NCBI GenBank assembly: GCA_021613535.1
Contig: CP075493.1
Span: forward strand, 2,852,001 to 2,916,000
Length of the DNA: 64,000 nucleotides
Source: Adineta vaga
Taxonomy: Eukaryota > Animalia > Rotifera
Reading direction: 5' to 3'
Program-made: the position numbers and the translations under genes
In this document: positions 24,987-37,837 of the stretch, one piece after another
Layout of the letters: each line of letters begins with the position of its first letter
Numbering within the stretch: the stretch's first letter is position 1
The notes under the pieces: model-generated
Databases searched by the model: none
What the model saw: the letters and a program-made list of their open reading frames with translations, nothing else
Told to the model about the DNA's origin: nothing

Positions 24987-26931
24987 GTTAAAAGAAATAA
25001 AGTAGTCTAAATATATACATATTCCGACAAGCTGTTTATTTTCTTATTTATTCTCACCAATGAAAATCTTCGATGCTATGATTGGTGAAGAATCAAACCA
25101 TTGAAAGATTCTTTATTCCAATGTAATAATGTATATTATAGTCTCATGCTGTTCTTCTTGTATCGTATGTATTTATTTACATTCTTTTTTTTGTTGCAAG
25201 ACTTTGACACGTTTCTTTTTCTCTTTTGTGACTATTCACCAGCTGTCAAATTTAAGCTTTATATCCTATTTAATAAACCAGAACAAGATCGATTTTCATT
25301 CTCATGAATATAAATTGCATGAAATGATACAGACAACATTGCTTTTATATTTATTCTAATAAAAATGAATTGTTTTCTTTTTCTCTCTCGAAATAAATTA
25401 CAAGATTTCATTTGTAAACAAAACAAAAATATCTAATCATTAGTTAAGTACAGAATATTCTAAAACAGTAAGTATCATTTGTATCTTTTCAAATTATTGT
25501 TTTGTACATGTATATACATATATCTTCGACAAGATGTATTACATATATTAGCATAAAAGTAATGACCGACATATGCACGTCTAGATGAGTGAATCCAAGA
25601 AGGCATCCGTTTGAGTAATATGTCATGTTTCCTGTTTCTCTCACACGTTTTTTTTCTTTCTTGATGCATTTCGAAAATACTTAGAATTAAGTGAGATTTT
25701 TCTTTTCTTATAATTCAAGACAAGAAACGAATGACATTGAATGTCTCGTTTTTTTCTGTTCTTTATTGATTATTAAAAGAAATAGAAGAAATGAGTTACA
25801 AGTGACATTATCTATAATATCTCATTGTATGCGTGTCTGTTAGCCTGACCAACAAGAAATTGCAGAGTAGAGAATGAAAAGAATCCGATCAAATGGAGAT
25901 GCACACATTGTCACCACCATCTTCAACGGATATGTATGTGGCAAAAAAAGAAGGGGTGATGTTTAATGATGAGAATGCACTAAGGCATCCAACATCTACA
26001 CGGAGGGTGCGATCATCAACGAGCAAGAGAGAACGAAAAAGACGACGACGACGCTGATAGAGTAGGAGGAGGAGAAGAAGAAGGAGAAGAACTGGTATGT
26101 TGAGCAATTGTCTTTCTCTAAGATATACTACGATGACCGACTTTGTCGTTACTCTGCTATTCCAGTTCTAGAAAGCTAAAAAAGAAAAAAGAGAGTGAAA
26201 GAACAGAAAAGAAAGAATCGATAGTCGAAGTAGTAACATTGTCAGAAAGAATATGTTGTATTGTCAGTCGTCATCAGTGTCGTAGAGCAAAAAGACAGAT
26301 AATTTAGTGGAAATAAGAAAGATGATAATAAACAACAAAGATAATCGGTCAGTATTGAAAAAAAAGAAGAAGAAAGAGAGAAAAAACAATATCCTTGTTC
26401 GATGTCATAATTGTCTAATCGATCGATTGTCTAGTGTGTATATGTATATGTTTTTTCTCTCCCTCTCTCTCTCTCTATGTCTCTTCTGTATTCAACCCGC
26501 CTTCGCATTTATTATATACATGATGTATACATTTGGTTTTTATGTTCATAGACTCTTCTTCTTTGGTTTTTTTCTTCTTCTTCTTCTTTTATTCACATCA
26601 TCAATCATAGGACGATTGCAAATAATAATCAACATTCAATAGGAGACAGAGTGAAGGGATGTTATTAGTGACTAAGAACTAAAATGAGTTGATGGTTGTT
26701 AAAACAATTGATGAGAAGCACATGTATTGTACTCATCCTAATTTCTTTTAAGCAAAGAAAACAAATTGAGATGATGTTACAATCTTAATCTTTTCATTTT
26801 AGATTAAATGTATAAAAAATTAAAAAATTGAAGTAAAAACGATTCGTTTACTTATTTTATTCAATCATGACAACAATCGAATTCAACTGTTGTCTTCGTT
26901 TTTGCTTTAAGTATTCTTAATATAAAACACG

Positions 26932-29900
26932 ATGACATCAACAAAAACGAAAAGTGGAAAACAAATTGCATGTAAAGTACGCATGCTCGATGATCAAGAA
27001 TTACCATTTCATATTGATGTAAGTATTCTAATTCCATTTCTTTTTGTCTTCTCTGATCAAACATGACAATAGAGTTGTTGAAAAAATACGACAAGAATGT
27101 AAAAGTCAGTCGAAGTTAATTATAATATAGATAATACGAACATGTCTATTATGATTTTGATCAGTTATTAGCAGAAGGAATTCTCATCGATATTGATTAT
27201 ACATATGTAAATTTGATTGATTATATTGATTTGAGAATAAGAAAAAAAAATTATTAGAAAATATGCTTTTCTTTTTAGCCAAAGGCAACTGGACAAGATT
27301 TATTCAATACAGTTTGCAAATATATTGAATTATTAGAAAAAGATTATTTTGGATTAGAATATCTTGATAGTCATCGAAATGTTGTATGTATCAATCGAAC
27401 AATCTTATTAACATATGGAATTTAATGTATATGGTTTTTGTTTTGTTTTGTCTAGTGTTGGCTTGAATCGGATAAACCTATTCTTAAACAAGTTTCTGAA
27501 ACGAAATTTTCCTTTTGTGTAAAGTTTTATACTCCCGATCCCGGACAATTAGAAGAAGAATTTACAAGGTAAATATTTTATATAAAATTTCTTTTAGTCT
27601 CAAAGAACTTCTTTCTTTTTCAGGTATCTTTTTGCCTTACAAATCAAACGTGATCTTGCTCTTGGAACATTATTATGTAGTGATAATACAGCTGCTTTAC
27701 TTGCTTCTTATATTGTTCAAGGTAAATTGTTTTTTGTAAAATACAAAACGTTTGATTTATTTGATTCTTGAATAGCTGAAATTGGTGATTATCTCGAAAC
27801 ATATAATAATAATCCAAGTTATTTAAATAGTCGAAAATATTTTCCTCATCAAACAGCTGAACATGAAATTCGTATAATGAATTTTCATAAAAATCATCTG
27901 TAAGTCAATTCTATCTAGAATTATCTATTAAACTTTTGTATTGAATTTAGTGGTCAACTTCCTGTTGATGCTGATCTTAATCTACTTGATACAGCACGTA
28001 AAGTGGAATTATATGGTATTAAAATGCATCCAGCAAAAGATCATGAACAAGTTAATTTAAATCTTTCGGTTGCTCATATGGGTATTCTTGTCTTTCAAAA
28101 TATAACGAAAATCAATACATTTTCTTGGGCAAAAATTCGTAAATTAAGTTTTAAACGAAAAAAATTTCTAATTAAATTACAACCGGAAGGTTATGTGAGT
28201 TCGAAGAACATTTCTTTTCTAATCTATAACAATCATTTCTTTAGGGTTATTATAAAGATACAGTAGAATTTTATTTTGATACACGTGATGAATGTAAAAA
28301 TTTCTGGAAGAAATGTATTGAATATCATGCATTTTTTCGTTGTGTAACAATTCAACGTGCACAACGTACGAAAAAGAAATTATTAACACGTGGTTCATCA
28401 TTTCGATATCATGGACGAACACAAAAAGAAATTGTTGAATATGCACGAGAAAATTATTCCAAAATTCGAACATTTACACGGTAAGAAATGAAGAACAAGA
28501 TGAAATGTTTCATACTTCTCGTTTTGTTTGTTAAAGATCTTATTCAAATACTCGTACAGTTGCACCTATAGTCAATCGTTCTCATCGTTCACCTGTTTCA
28601 ACATTAAAAACATCGGATACAGTTGAATCTGTTCGACATTCAAGAAATCAAGCACATATTTCTAATGAATCTGCTGATGTTTATCAACATGTCTATCATG
28701 ATGATTCTTCTACACATGGAAGTCGAACATTAGATTCAAGATTTAGTCGAGATAAATATGATCTTTCGGACGAACAAAATACCGATGAAGATGAAGATGA
28801 ACATATACAAAAATCAACAAATGGTGTCTCACCAACTCATGTCTATCGAAGTAGTGAACCATTTCATATCGAAACTACACAAATACAACATCCAATGGAT
28901 CAAATGCAAAAAGGTAATCTACATATTTACTTTTCTAATCACAAAAAAGTCATGTTGTTGTTATCTATTCATTCGTAGAAATAATATATAGATAGATGTT
29001 AGAAAATTTCTGAGGAAAGAAACGATGTCTTCCAGAAATTTACACTTGATTACATCTGACGAAAAGCATATTGAAACCTTCGATCCTCTTAGAACTAATG
29101 AGGTATAAAAAACTAGTTAAGAATTCATTTCCTGACAAGTTTATCTTCTCGCTAGTTATTAACATAACATCAAACATCCGACCTATTGAATGTTTTGTAT
29201 TCAATTGAAAATTTATTAATTGATAAACAAAAAAAAGGGAAAACATGAGACTAAATATAATTTGTAATCGAACTCTGTTTGAAAGATTATCCTTTGCATG
29301 GCTCAGTTGAAATCACGGGAGAGTTTCTCTATTGATAAAAACTTTTTCTCACGTCGAATATTTTTTTGTATAGAAAAAAAAATATTTTCATTGCATTTCA
29401 CTAATTAAATTTAGATTTCTCGCCATCACTTTTGCTAACTTAATAACCGATTATAAAATACAAAGAAGAAGAAGAGAGGAAAAAACCCTTGTTTCTCTTA
29501 TTCTCTCAGAGAGAAAATCCATTTACTTGATTTACTTATCAAATTTTCTTGTCATATTTACACTATGGGGAATAAACGATAGTTTTATCTATTGATGATC
29601 CGATTTATAAAGAGTATATATACTCATCGATGTTTACATGATATTTCAATCATTACTAAAGATAGATCACAAACTATTTATATATAAATATATAGATAAA
29701 ATTCAAGTCATTCTTTCTTTGCTAAGTTAGTCTTTGATGTAATTATTTTCTCTTTTTCAATTACAAAATACTGAACGAATTGGTTTCTTTCTTATTCTAA
29801 GCCTCTTTTTTCCCCTCTGATTGTTAACGTCCTTGAGTATATCAATGAAAGCAAAGCATACTTGCTACTTTTTCACAGCGTATTAGTGAATGAAATTGTA

Positions 29901-32900
29901 TTCTATTGTCTAATAACAAAAGGAATCTTATATATATATATATAGAATGTTCTACTCTTTTTTTCAAAGAAGATTCGCCAACATCAACAAATCTTCAACA
30001 AAATCGTCGTCATATTAGTGGAGCTATTAATAGTCATCGGTCTGTTCCGCCTTTGACAAGTCATACACCACCACGTCGATCATCAAACAATGAACAACAG
30101 ATCTTTTCGGCAACACAACGATTAAATCTTGGCAAACCAACAACAATCATGAATAATGATCATAATAATATTCAAAGTCCAACGAAAGCGTACTAGAGAT
30201 TTGAATTCTTATCTTTAATCATTTCTAACTTCATATTTTAGACTTGCTACGGATGAAAATATGTTTTCACTTCAACAGCCATTACCTATTTTAACACCAC
30301 CATCTCATACGAAAATGGAAGAAACTGTTGTTGATGAATCTAAAGTAATTTAAAGCGAAACATCTCGATAGATCATATAGGGTGTGTTTTTATTATAGAC
30401 TCGAACTATACCAATCATTCAAGAATATCGATCACCGAAAATACATATGAATACAATTGAATCACGAACAAAAATTAGGCAACAACATTCACGTAAGTGT
30501 TATCATCATAATCATACTTATTCTTAAATAAACTCCATTTCTTTAGCATCGAGATCAATACCATCATCATCTCATCATATCAGTCCACCAATATCAGGCA
30601 TTCCGGTAAAATTTCTTTCTTCTTTTTTTGTTTTCTCTGATAAAATATTCAAATCTTTAGCGTTTAATTGGTACTGTACCTCCGACATCTCTCTCATCTG
30701 TTGCACTTCCAACATCTGTTTCATCTACAATGATAATTCCATCTACTCATGATCGTTCATTTTTTATTTGTAAAGAACTTCTAATGACTGAACGAACATA
30801 TAAGAAAGATATTGAAGTTATTTCGGAAAATTTTCGTCGAGAATTATTACTTGCTATTAATCATCATCAAGATATCTATATGAATGATGAATATAATTTT
30901 GAAAATGAAACATTAATTAATCTATCCGATGTTCTTTTTACACATTTATTGCCTATCTATACATTTCATCTACATTTTCTTCGACAACTTGAACAAAGAA
31001 TCTCAATTTGGTAAATTTAGAAAACATTAATTTGAGAAAGGCATTGTTTTGTTTTCATTCTTTTCTAGGGAAACTCGATCCATACCGGGCAATGAATGTC
31101 TTTATACCGATAATGTCACTCAGCAAATTGGAGATTTAATGATGAATTTAATTGAAATCTTACCAGTAAGTTCATTGAAAGTTAATGATTCGCTTCTACT
31201 TAGTTTATGTTATGTTTCATAGCGATATGAACGTTATATAGAAAATTACGATCGATTGTTAACAGAATTGGAATATACGTTAAAACATAATCCACGATTT
31301 GATATTATTTATAAACAATTTGAATCGGAAAAATTTTGTTATTTATCATTTATATCATTTTTAATAAAACCATTGCAACGACTTTTACATTATGAATATT
31401 TATTTGAAAGTAAGTTTTTTCGTTTGAATAAAAACGATTTTGTTTGATATTCATCGATGATTTTTGTTTTAGAACTACTTATTCATTATAAGAATAATAA
31501 TCATGATATGGAATATCAAGATTGTTATGGAATATTTATTAAAATTCAAGATTTAATCGAGAATTTTGCTGATTCATTGACTTTATTGGTGAGTAAAGAT
31601 TAGAATTTCAAAGCAGGGAAAAATCAAGATTTATGAAACTTTCAAGTCAATCTATAGCTAAGCGAGATTTTTATCGATTTATGAATCCATGATGATTGTT
31701 CATCTCTTCCGTCAATATTGATCTATAGGTCAACAGGAAACGAAGAAGTACTATGTTGATGGATTAAAAAAGCACTTTACACTAAGAGTCTTGAGAAATG
31801 AAATATTGTACGTCAAAGAAGTTCCAATTGGTTTTGAATATCAAATAAAAGAAAACTTCGATTTTGTTTTAGTTAAATCGACAAAAATTAATTGAACTTC
31901 AACGTGATTTGATTGGTGTTGACAATCTTTCAAATCAATATGATCGAGTATATAAATTTTTGATTAACTTACTTGAAAATAAAACTTGATTTTTTCAGCA
32001 ATTTATACGTGAAGGTTGTCTTCAAAAATTCTCACGAAAAGGCTATCAACAACGAATGTTCTTCCTAGTAAATTGATTATTTTAACATAAATTATTCCAT
32101 AGAATTCTCTTGGATTTTTCTTCTCTAGTTTTCTGATGTTTTACTTTATTGTGCACGTAGTTCCAGTCCTGTACTTCAATTTAAACTTCATGGTGAACTT
32201 CCATTACGAACTATGACAGTAAGTCCCTCTTTTTTTTCTCTCTATTATTATCGTAGCATAAATCATCGTTCTTGTTATATTATTCTAGGTGGAAGACAGT
32301 GATGAACAAGTGAATATTCCCAATTCAATTACAATCTATACTGGTACTCGATCATTACTTGTGGTAGCAAGGTATGTATAATAGCACATATACATTCAAT
32401 GATTGCTATCTAGTTTTGAGTAGATTATACATAGAAAACATTTATATCTTCTTTCTTATAGTTCGGCAGCTGAGAAAACTAGATGGTTACATGATCTGAA
32501 ATCTGCTATTGATAATCTTCAAATCAATAGTGAAGATCAAAAACATTCATATACATCAACATTAAAATCGAATGGTAAGACAAAAACATTTATCATTAAG
32601 TTTTATCTCTATCGATTTATGTTTAGCATCATCTGAAAATCTCGAACATTCAGTTGTTAGTACACTTGATGATGATCCAACAAATTCAATTGATCGTTCG
32701 TGTGTTCAACATCGTGCTAATACAACGATGCATGTCTGTTGGCATCGAAATTTATCTGTATCAATCGATGATCATCGACAAACAGTTAAAAATCAATTAA
32801 GTGGATATCTTTTACGTAAATTTAAAAATTCCAATGGTTGGCAAAAATTATGGGTTGTTTTTACAAATTTTTGTTTATTCTTTTATAAAACTTATCAGGT

Positions 32901-33224
32901 AAATCTTTCGAAAAATTTCATCTTCTCTTTTTCCTATTCAATAATTTCTTTTTTTTTGCAAGGATGATTATCCATTGGCATCATTACCTTTACTTGGTTA
33001 TCGAAGTTCATTACCATCGGAATTCGATGGAGTTAATAAAGATTTTGTATTTAAACTTCAATTTAAAAATCATGTCTATTTTTTTCGTGCTGAAAGTCAA
33101 TATGCTTTTGATCGGTAAAGAAAACAAACGTTTATTTTATAACTATTTCGAATTACATATTTCTTTTATTAGATGGATTGAAGTTGTTTCAAGTGCAACG
33201 ACAACTATATCACCTAGTCAATGA
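26932..33224 (+). CDS. FARP1: FERM, RhoGEF (DH) and PH domain protein
   Basis: [38 protein letters not shown] and [20 protein letters not shown] (FERM); [13 protein letters not shown] and [11 protein letters not shown] (DH); tandem PH with [11 protein letters not shown] and [25 protein letters not shown]. About 20 exons. FARP1 versus FARP2 orthology is not resolvable. Confidence 0.92.
31684..31765 (+). ncRNA. Candidate intronic C/D-box snoRNA with 18S rRNA antisense element
   Basis: In an enlarged FARP intron: stem AATCCA/TGGATT, C box ATGATGA (31689-31695), guide CTCTTCCGTCAAT (31704-31716) before D'-like TTGA, and terminal D-like TTGA (31756-31759). The D boxes are non-canonical. Confidence 0.45.
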
Positions 33225-33531
33225 ACGCATTTCTGATAAAAAAATCTCATCTTTTCGTTTATTCTTGTTTATCTCTATGGCAAAGTGGGTTCTTTTAGTC
33301 TATTGCTTTTTATTTCTGTAGAGACACTCATAAATGTGGTGATTGCTCTAACAATACTCATCTTTTTTTCGCTCTCTCTTTTTTGTATAAAATTTTATTG
33401 TTGTTAATGTCTTGTTTGAATGCTATTAGACAAATGAGGTTTCTTTTCTCTCTCTCTCTCTCCTTTTTTTATTTCTTTTCTTGTGCAATATTATTCATGG
33501 AAAATAAGAAAAGATGATTTCGAATGTTAAA

Positions 33532-36500
33532 TTAAACAATCATTGGTTCGTAGATTGGAGTATTATTAATAATACGTTGAAAACCAAAACGTGTTAAATC
33601 AATAGAATCATATTTCAAACTAGATAGATATTCAGACACAGCTCGACCGATAGCTGGTGCATGTTGCAAACCATGACCACTGGAACCATTAGCAAAGATA
33701 AAGTTTTGTTGTTGAGGATGAGCACCAATGATAAGACTAGAAAAAGATGATCAAATTTTGTAAACAAATGGAAGACAAGATTTACTTACTTTTGATCAAA
33801 GTAGTTGTAATCATAAAAACCACACCAGGCATTCTTCAGCTAAAATATACATATTAGAGAGATTTGAAAATGATTGTGTGTCATTAGATATAATGATAAA
33901 TTGACCTATTAATTTCTTACTTTCAGTGTCTCAAAACTTGGTATACGTTTTGCTAATGTTGGCCAAATTTGCTCTTCAAAAACTGAATAATCAACTTCTA
34001 AATTATTCTCCGATATATCATTATCCTAATAAAAAAATATCAATTTTTTGCATCAAGAAATCATAATTATATTGTTTATTCCTACTTCATTCGGACTACA
34101 TCCACAAATGTATGTATTTCCTAAACCTTCTGGTCGAAAGTAGACACCAGAGATATCAACAAATAATGGGGCTAATGGGCCAGGTCCATTCATCGATTCG
34201 AATACGAATACATACCGTTTTCTAAACGAAAAAATAAACAATGAAAATGCTCATGTTTTTTTCTTATTAGTATAATATATTATTTAGTAAATAAATGAGA
34301 ATATATTAGTAAAACAACGTAAAAGAACAAATCAATCAATTTCATCGTCTTTTTTCTTCGTACACAAAATAGAACAGCGTGGTATAGTCAGGAAAATGAT
34401 GTTACGCTTCACCGCTTCTACTTATGTTCGTTACATACAAGCTTTTTTTTGCTTCTTTTTTACGTCAGTCATAGTCCTTCTATTTACTGAAAGATAGAAA
34501 AGACAATTTGCCTTTTCAGGGTCATTCACTTATAAATTTAAATGTATCATCACTAATGGATAGCGACGGTTTTCCTCTAGCAACGATTAGTGAAAGAAGT
34601 TTCATTGATGGTACAGAAATACCAGTGAAACCAACACGTGGTAAACGCGCAACACTTCATCAAGCAGACGCGATTGAAAATAATGATACTTCAATATCAA
34701 ATTTACATCCCGAACCAACAACTCAATCTAATTATACGAAAAAATATAATCAAATTGAAGTAACCAGTATTCAAGATGACGATGATGACGATAATAATGG
34801 AAAAGAAGATCGATCTATATCACAACGAGCAAGTCAACTAACTAATGATCACGATAATACTATGGTATCTTCCTATACAACAGGTGGTGGTGGTGATAAT
34901 GATGTTATTGAAATTCATCAATTTAGTTTAGCTGATGTTGATGCTTATTTGGATATTTATTTCGATACATTGAATGATCGTTTAAGACATTATATTGGTC
35001 CAAATGATCAAATAGAACAATTTCGTATAGCAATGAAAAATCGAATAAGTAAGAGAAAATCATTGTTTTCTTTCGATATTTCTCTTCTTTCATAGATTCG
35101 AATTCAAATGCACGTGAATTTCAAAATGTTCTTTTGGGAAAAATGAATGGAGAAGTTTTAGCTGCACTAACAATGTCATTTCCTGGTGAAACACCAACAA
35201 TGATTCCATTGTCAACTGCACCACGACAAAACTCATGTTTTACATCTATACGTCGATGGCTTATACAAAAAGCGAACTATGTTCCATCACATGTCGAAGA
35301 ATGTTACATCGAAATGATTGGTGTTAAAAATGGTTATCGAAATCATGGTATTGGCGCAGCAATGCTCGAATGTGTTGAACAATTTGCTCGACAAGCTGGT
35401 GCAAATCGATTATCAATTCATACAACGGGACAACAATTACGTCATTATTTTGAACGTTATGGATTTGCTCTCGATCCGACAGATAGTTCTTCATTTTGGA
35501 AATGGATTCTTGAACGACAAAATGTCGAGAAACTAACTAAAATTCTTACACCAGATGATGAAAACGATTTTACAGCAAATAGTTATATTAATGAGAGTAT
35601 GGTTGGAAGTGTAGATGATGCATAGGATCATTATTATTCTTATGTAAAAAGAAAGAAAATAAAATAAAATGTAAATGAAAAGTAAAGCAAAATCACGAAC
35701 TAGATAGAGACATGCAACATTCTTACCTTGGTTCAACAGGTAATGCAACGGGATATTCATCCGCCACACCAATTCCAGCCATTTTTGCAACTTCACCTGC
35801 CCAAGGGCCAGCTGTATTGACGAAGAATGTCGAATCTATTGGATAGATTTGATTATCTTCGGCAGATAATATCTATGAAAGAAAAGATTTCCAAACTGAT
35901 ATCATCGAATAAATTATTCATGATAAATCATAAGTCCTATTTGTACCTATTTAAATTTCCTTCAATGACTAATCGTTGTGGTTTATGTCAAAAGGAAGTG
36001 TTTTATCAATTAATCTATCATTTCAACAGGTTTTTTACCCTGACATATATGAAAAGAAATCAATCATACAGGCAAGCACGTGTATAGTCACAGATAATTT
36101 TGTCCATCGATTCAATCAAATGTTATTCATATGTGTCACAATGACGTCAAAAAAAAGCGATACGAATATTTTCTTTAAATAAATTTTCAAAATATAAATG
36201 ACGTATGTTTGTACAATGGTACATATTTCTTAGCATTGATTCGAATCAATTCTATACTAAGGAAAATATTTCTTTTACTTACTAAAGCTTTATCTAATTG
36301 TCTTTCAACAGTTCCATCAGCCCATATTCGTTTCACTTTATCAAAACCAACTAATTCCGCTATAGATTATCGAGCAGACAAACAAATCAATATGTAAACG
36401 TTATCCTAAAAATCTAATTCAACACACAAACCATTCAAGTATAAAACACCAAGTGATAATGCTTTTTGTCGAAAAGCAGTAAGTAAAGCCCAAGGATCTA

Positions 36501-37593
36501 ACCAACCTTCATTTTGAATACCTTCATAGATAAAAGAAAAGAAATTTAAAATATTAATAGTCTTATTTTTATGTTACCAAAACATCCAATTGCAATTCCA
36601 TCCGTATTTAACCAAGGAAATTGTTCTTTCAGCATACTTGCTGACATTAATCTTAATTTTGCTCCTAATGATCTAAATTATGAATAGAAAGACAACGAAT
36701 AAATAACGAAATAACAATTCTTACGTTTGTGTTTTATAATTTTCTTCGAAAAGTTTTACACTTTTCTCACTACCACATAATAAATAACCATTATGATGAA
36801 ATGCAACAGGAACAGGCTCTTGATCTACAAAAAAAAAGAAACAATTGAATAATAAACAAAGAGAAATCGAAAGATTTACCAAGAATAGATAAATGTTCAC
36901 GAATATGTTTTAAAAATTCAGCACCATAAACAGACATTTGAATATTTTCTTCCTAATAAAGAAAATCATTTATCAACTCTGTAAGATCAAATCGATTCTT
37001 ACAAGAGCAAACTGTTGACGTAAACCACCGGCAGATAGAACAGTACTTGAAGTTGTATACTATAAATATTGAACAATAGGAAAACGAAGAATATTTAAAT
37101 GTGAATCTTACATTCCAATCACGTTCTAGAACAGTTACTTTCAAATCAGGTGAACGTTGTTTTAAAAAATAAGCTATAGCTGATCCCATAATAGCACCCT
37201 AGAAATGAGAAAAAATTATTTTGAAGAAAGAAAAAGTAGAATACAAACACCAATGATCATAACATCCGTTTCGATTGGAATATTTTTCACACCTAAATTA
37301 AAGTAAATAATTGTCGAATTTTTAGACATGAAGACTTTCTTACGATTTTCTGTTAATCGATGACGAACATAATCCATTTCATTTTTAATTGGTACATCAT
37401 CGATTCGTTTGATTTGATGTACTGTTTTAGGATCAATTAATGTGAAAGCACGTTTTGATGTTGAAAGTTCCGATGATTTCTTTGTTGTGACTTCTTTCTC
37501 TCCATTCGATGTTGTTGTTATTGACGAATCATTTGATGCATATCGTCGAATAAACATCTGATTAATCACGCATCTAGTTAGTCTCAACGCCAT
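33532..37593 (-). CDS. FOXRED1: FAD-dependent oxidoreductase FOXRED1 (complex I assembly factor)
   Basis: Mitochondrial-type N-terminus MALRLTRCV..RRYAS, DVMIIGGAIMGSAIAYFL...VLERD, STVLSAGGLRQQF, NEGWLDPWALL, VNTAGPWAG, AWCGFYDYNYFDQ, ANGSSGHGLQHAPAIGRAVSE. Many short introns plus one of about 1.5 kb (about 34221-35726). Confidence 0.92.
34556..35625 (+). CDS. GNAT-family acetyltransferase nested antisense in a FOXRED1 intron
   Basis: Two exons (intron about 35049-35095). Acetyl-CoA motif A ECYIEMIGVKNGYRNHGIGAAML and motif B LRHYFERYGF. Acidic low-complexity N-terminus. Confidence 0.85.
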
Positions 37594-37837
37594 AGCGGAA
37601 TACCTAAGAACAAAGAAAATTGTAATATTATTCTCTCATGACTGAATTCTTTATTTATTCATTCATTCATTCATTCATCGTTATTATACATTTAGAAGAA
37701 AAAAACATTACCAGATAGATAAAATTATACAAGCAAAAAAGAAATGAAGATTTTGGAATAAAGTATATGAAAAGAAAAACAGATGTGGAAGAATTTGAGA
37801 TTGATAAAACAAGCACCGAAGTAACGAATAGGGAAGA

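Noticed and set aside
25101-26642. Several 60-110 aa ORFs rich in F/L/K between NDUFB9 and FARP
   Set aside because: They derive from poly-T, poly-A and (CT)n tracts in promoter/UTR DNA and have no coding-like composition.
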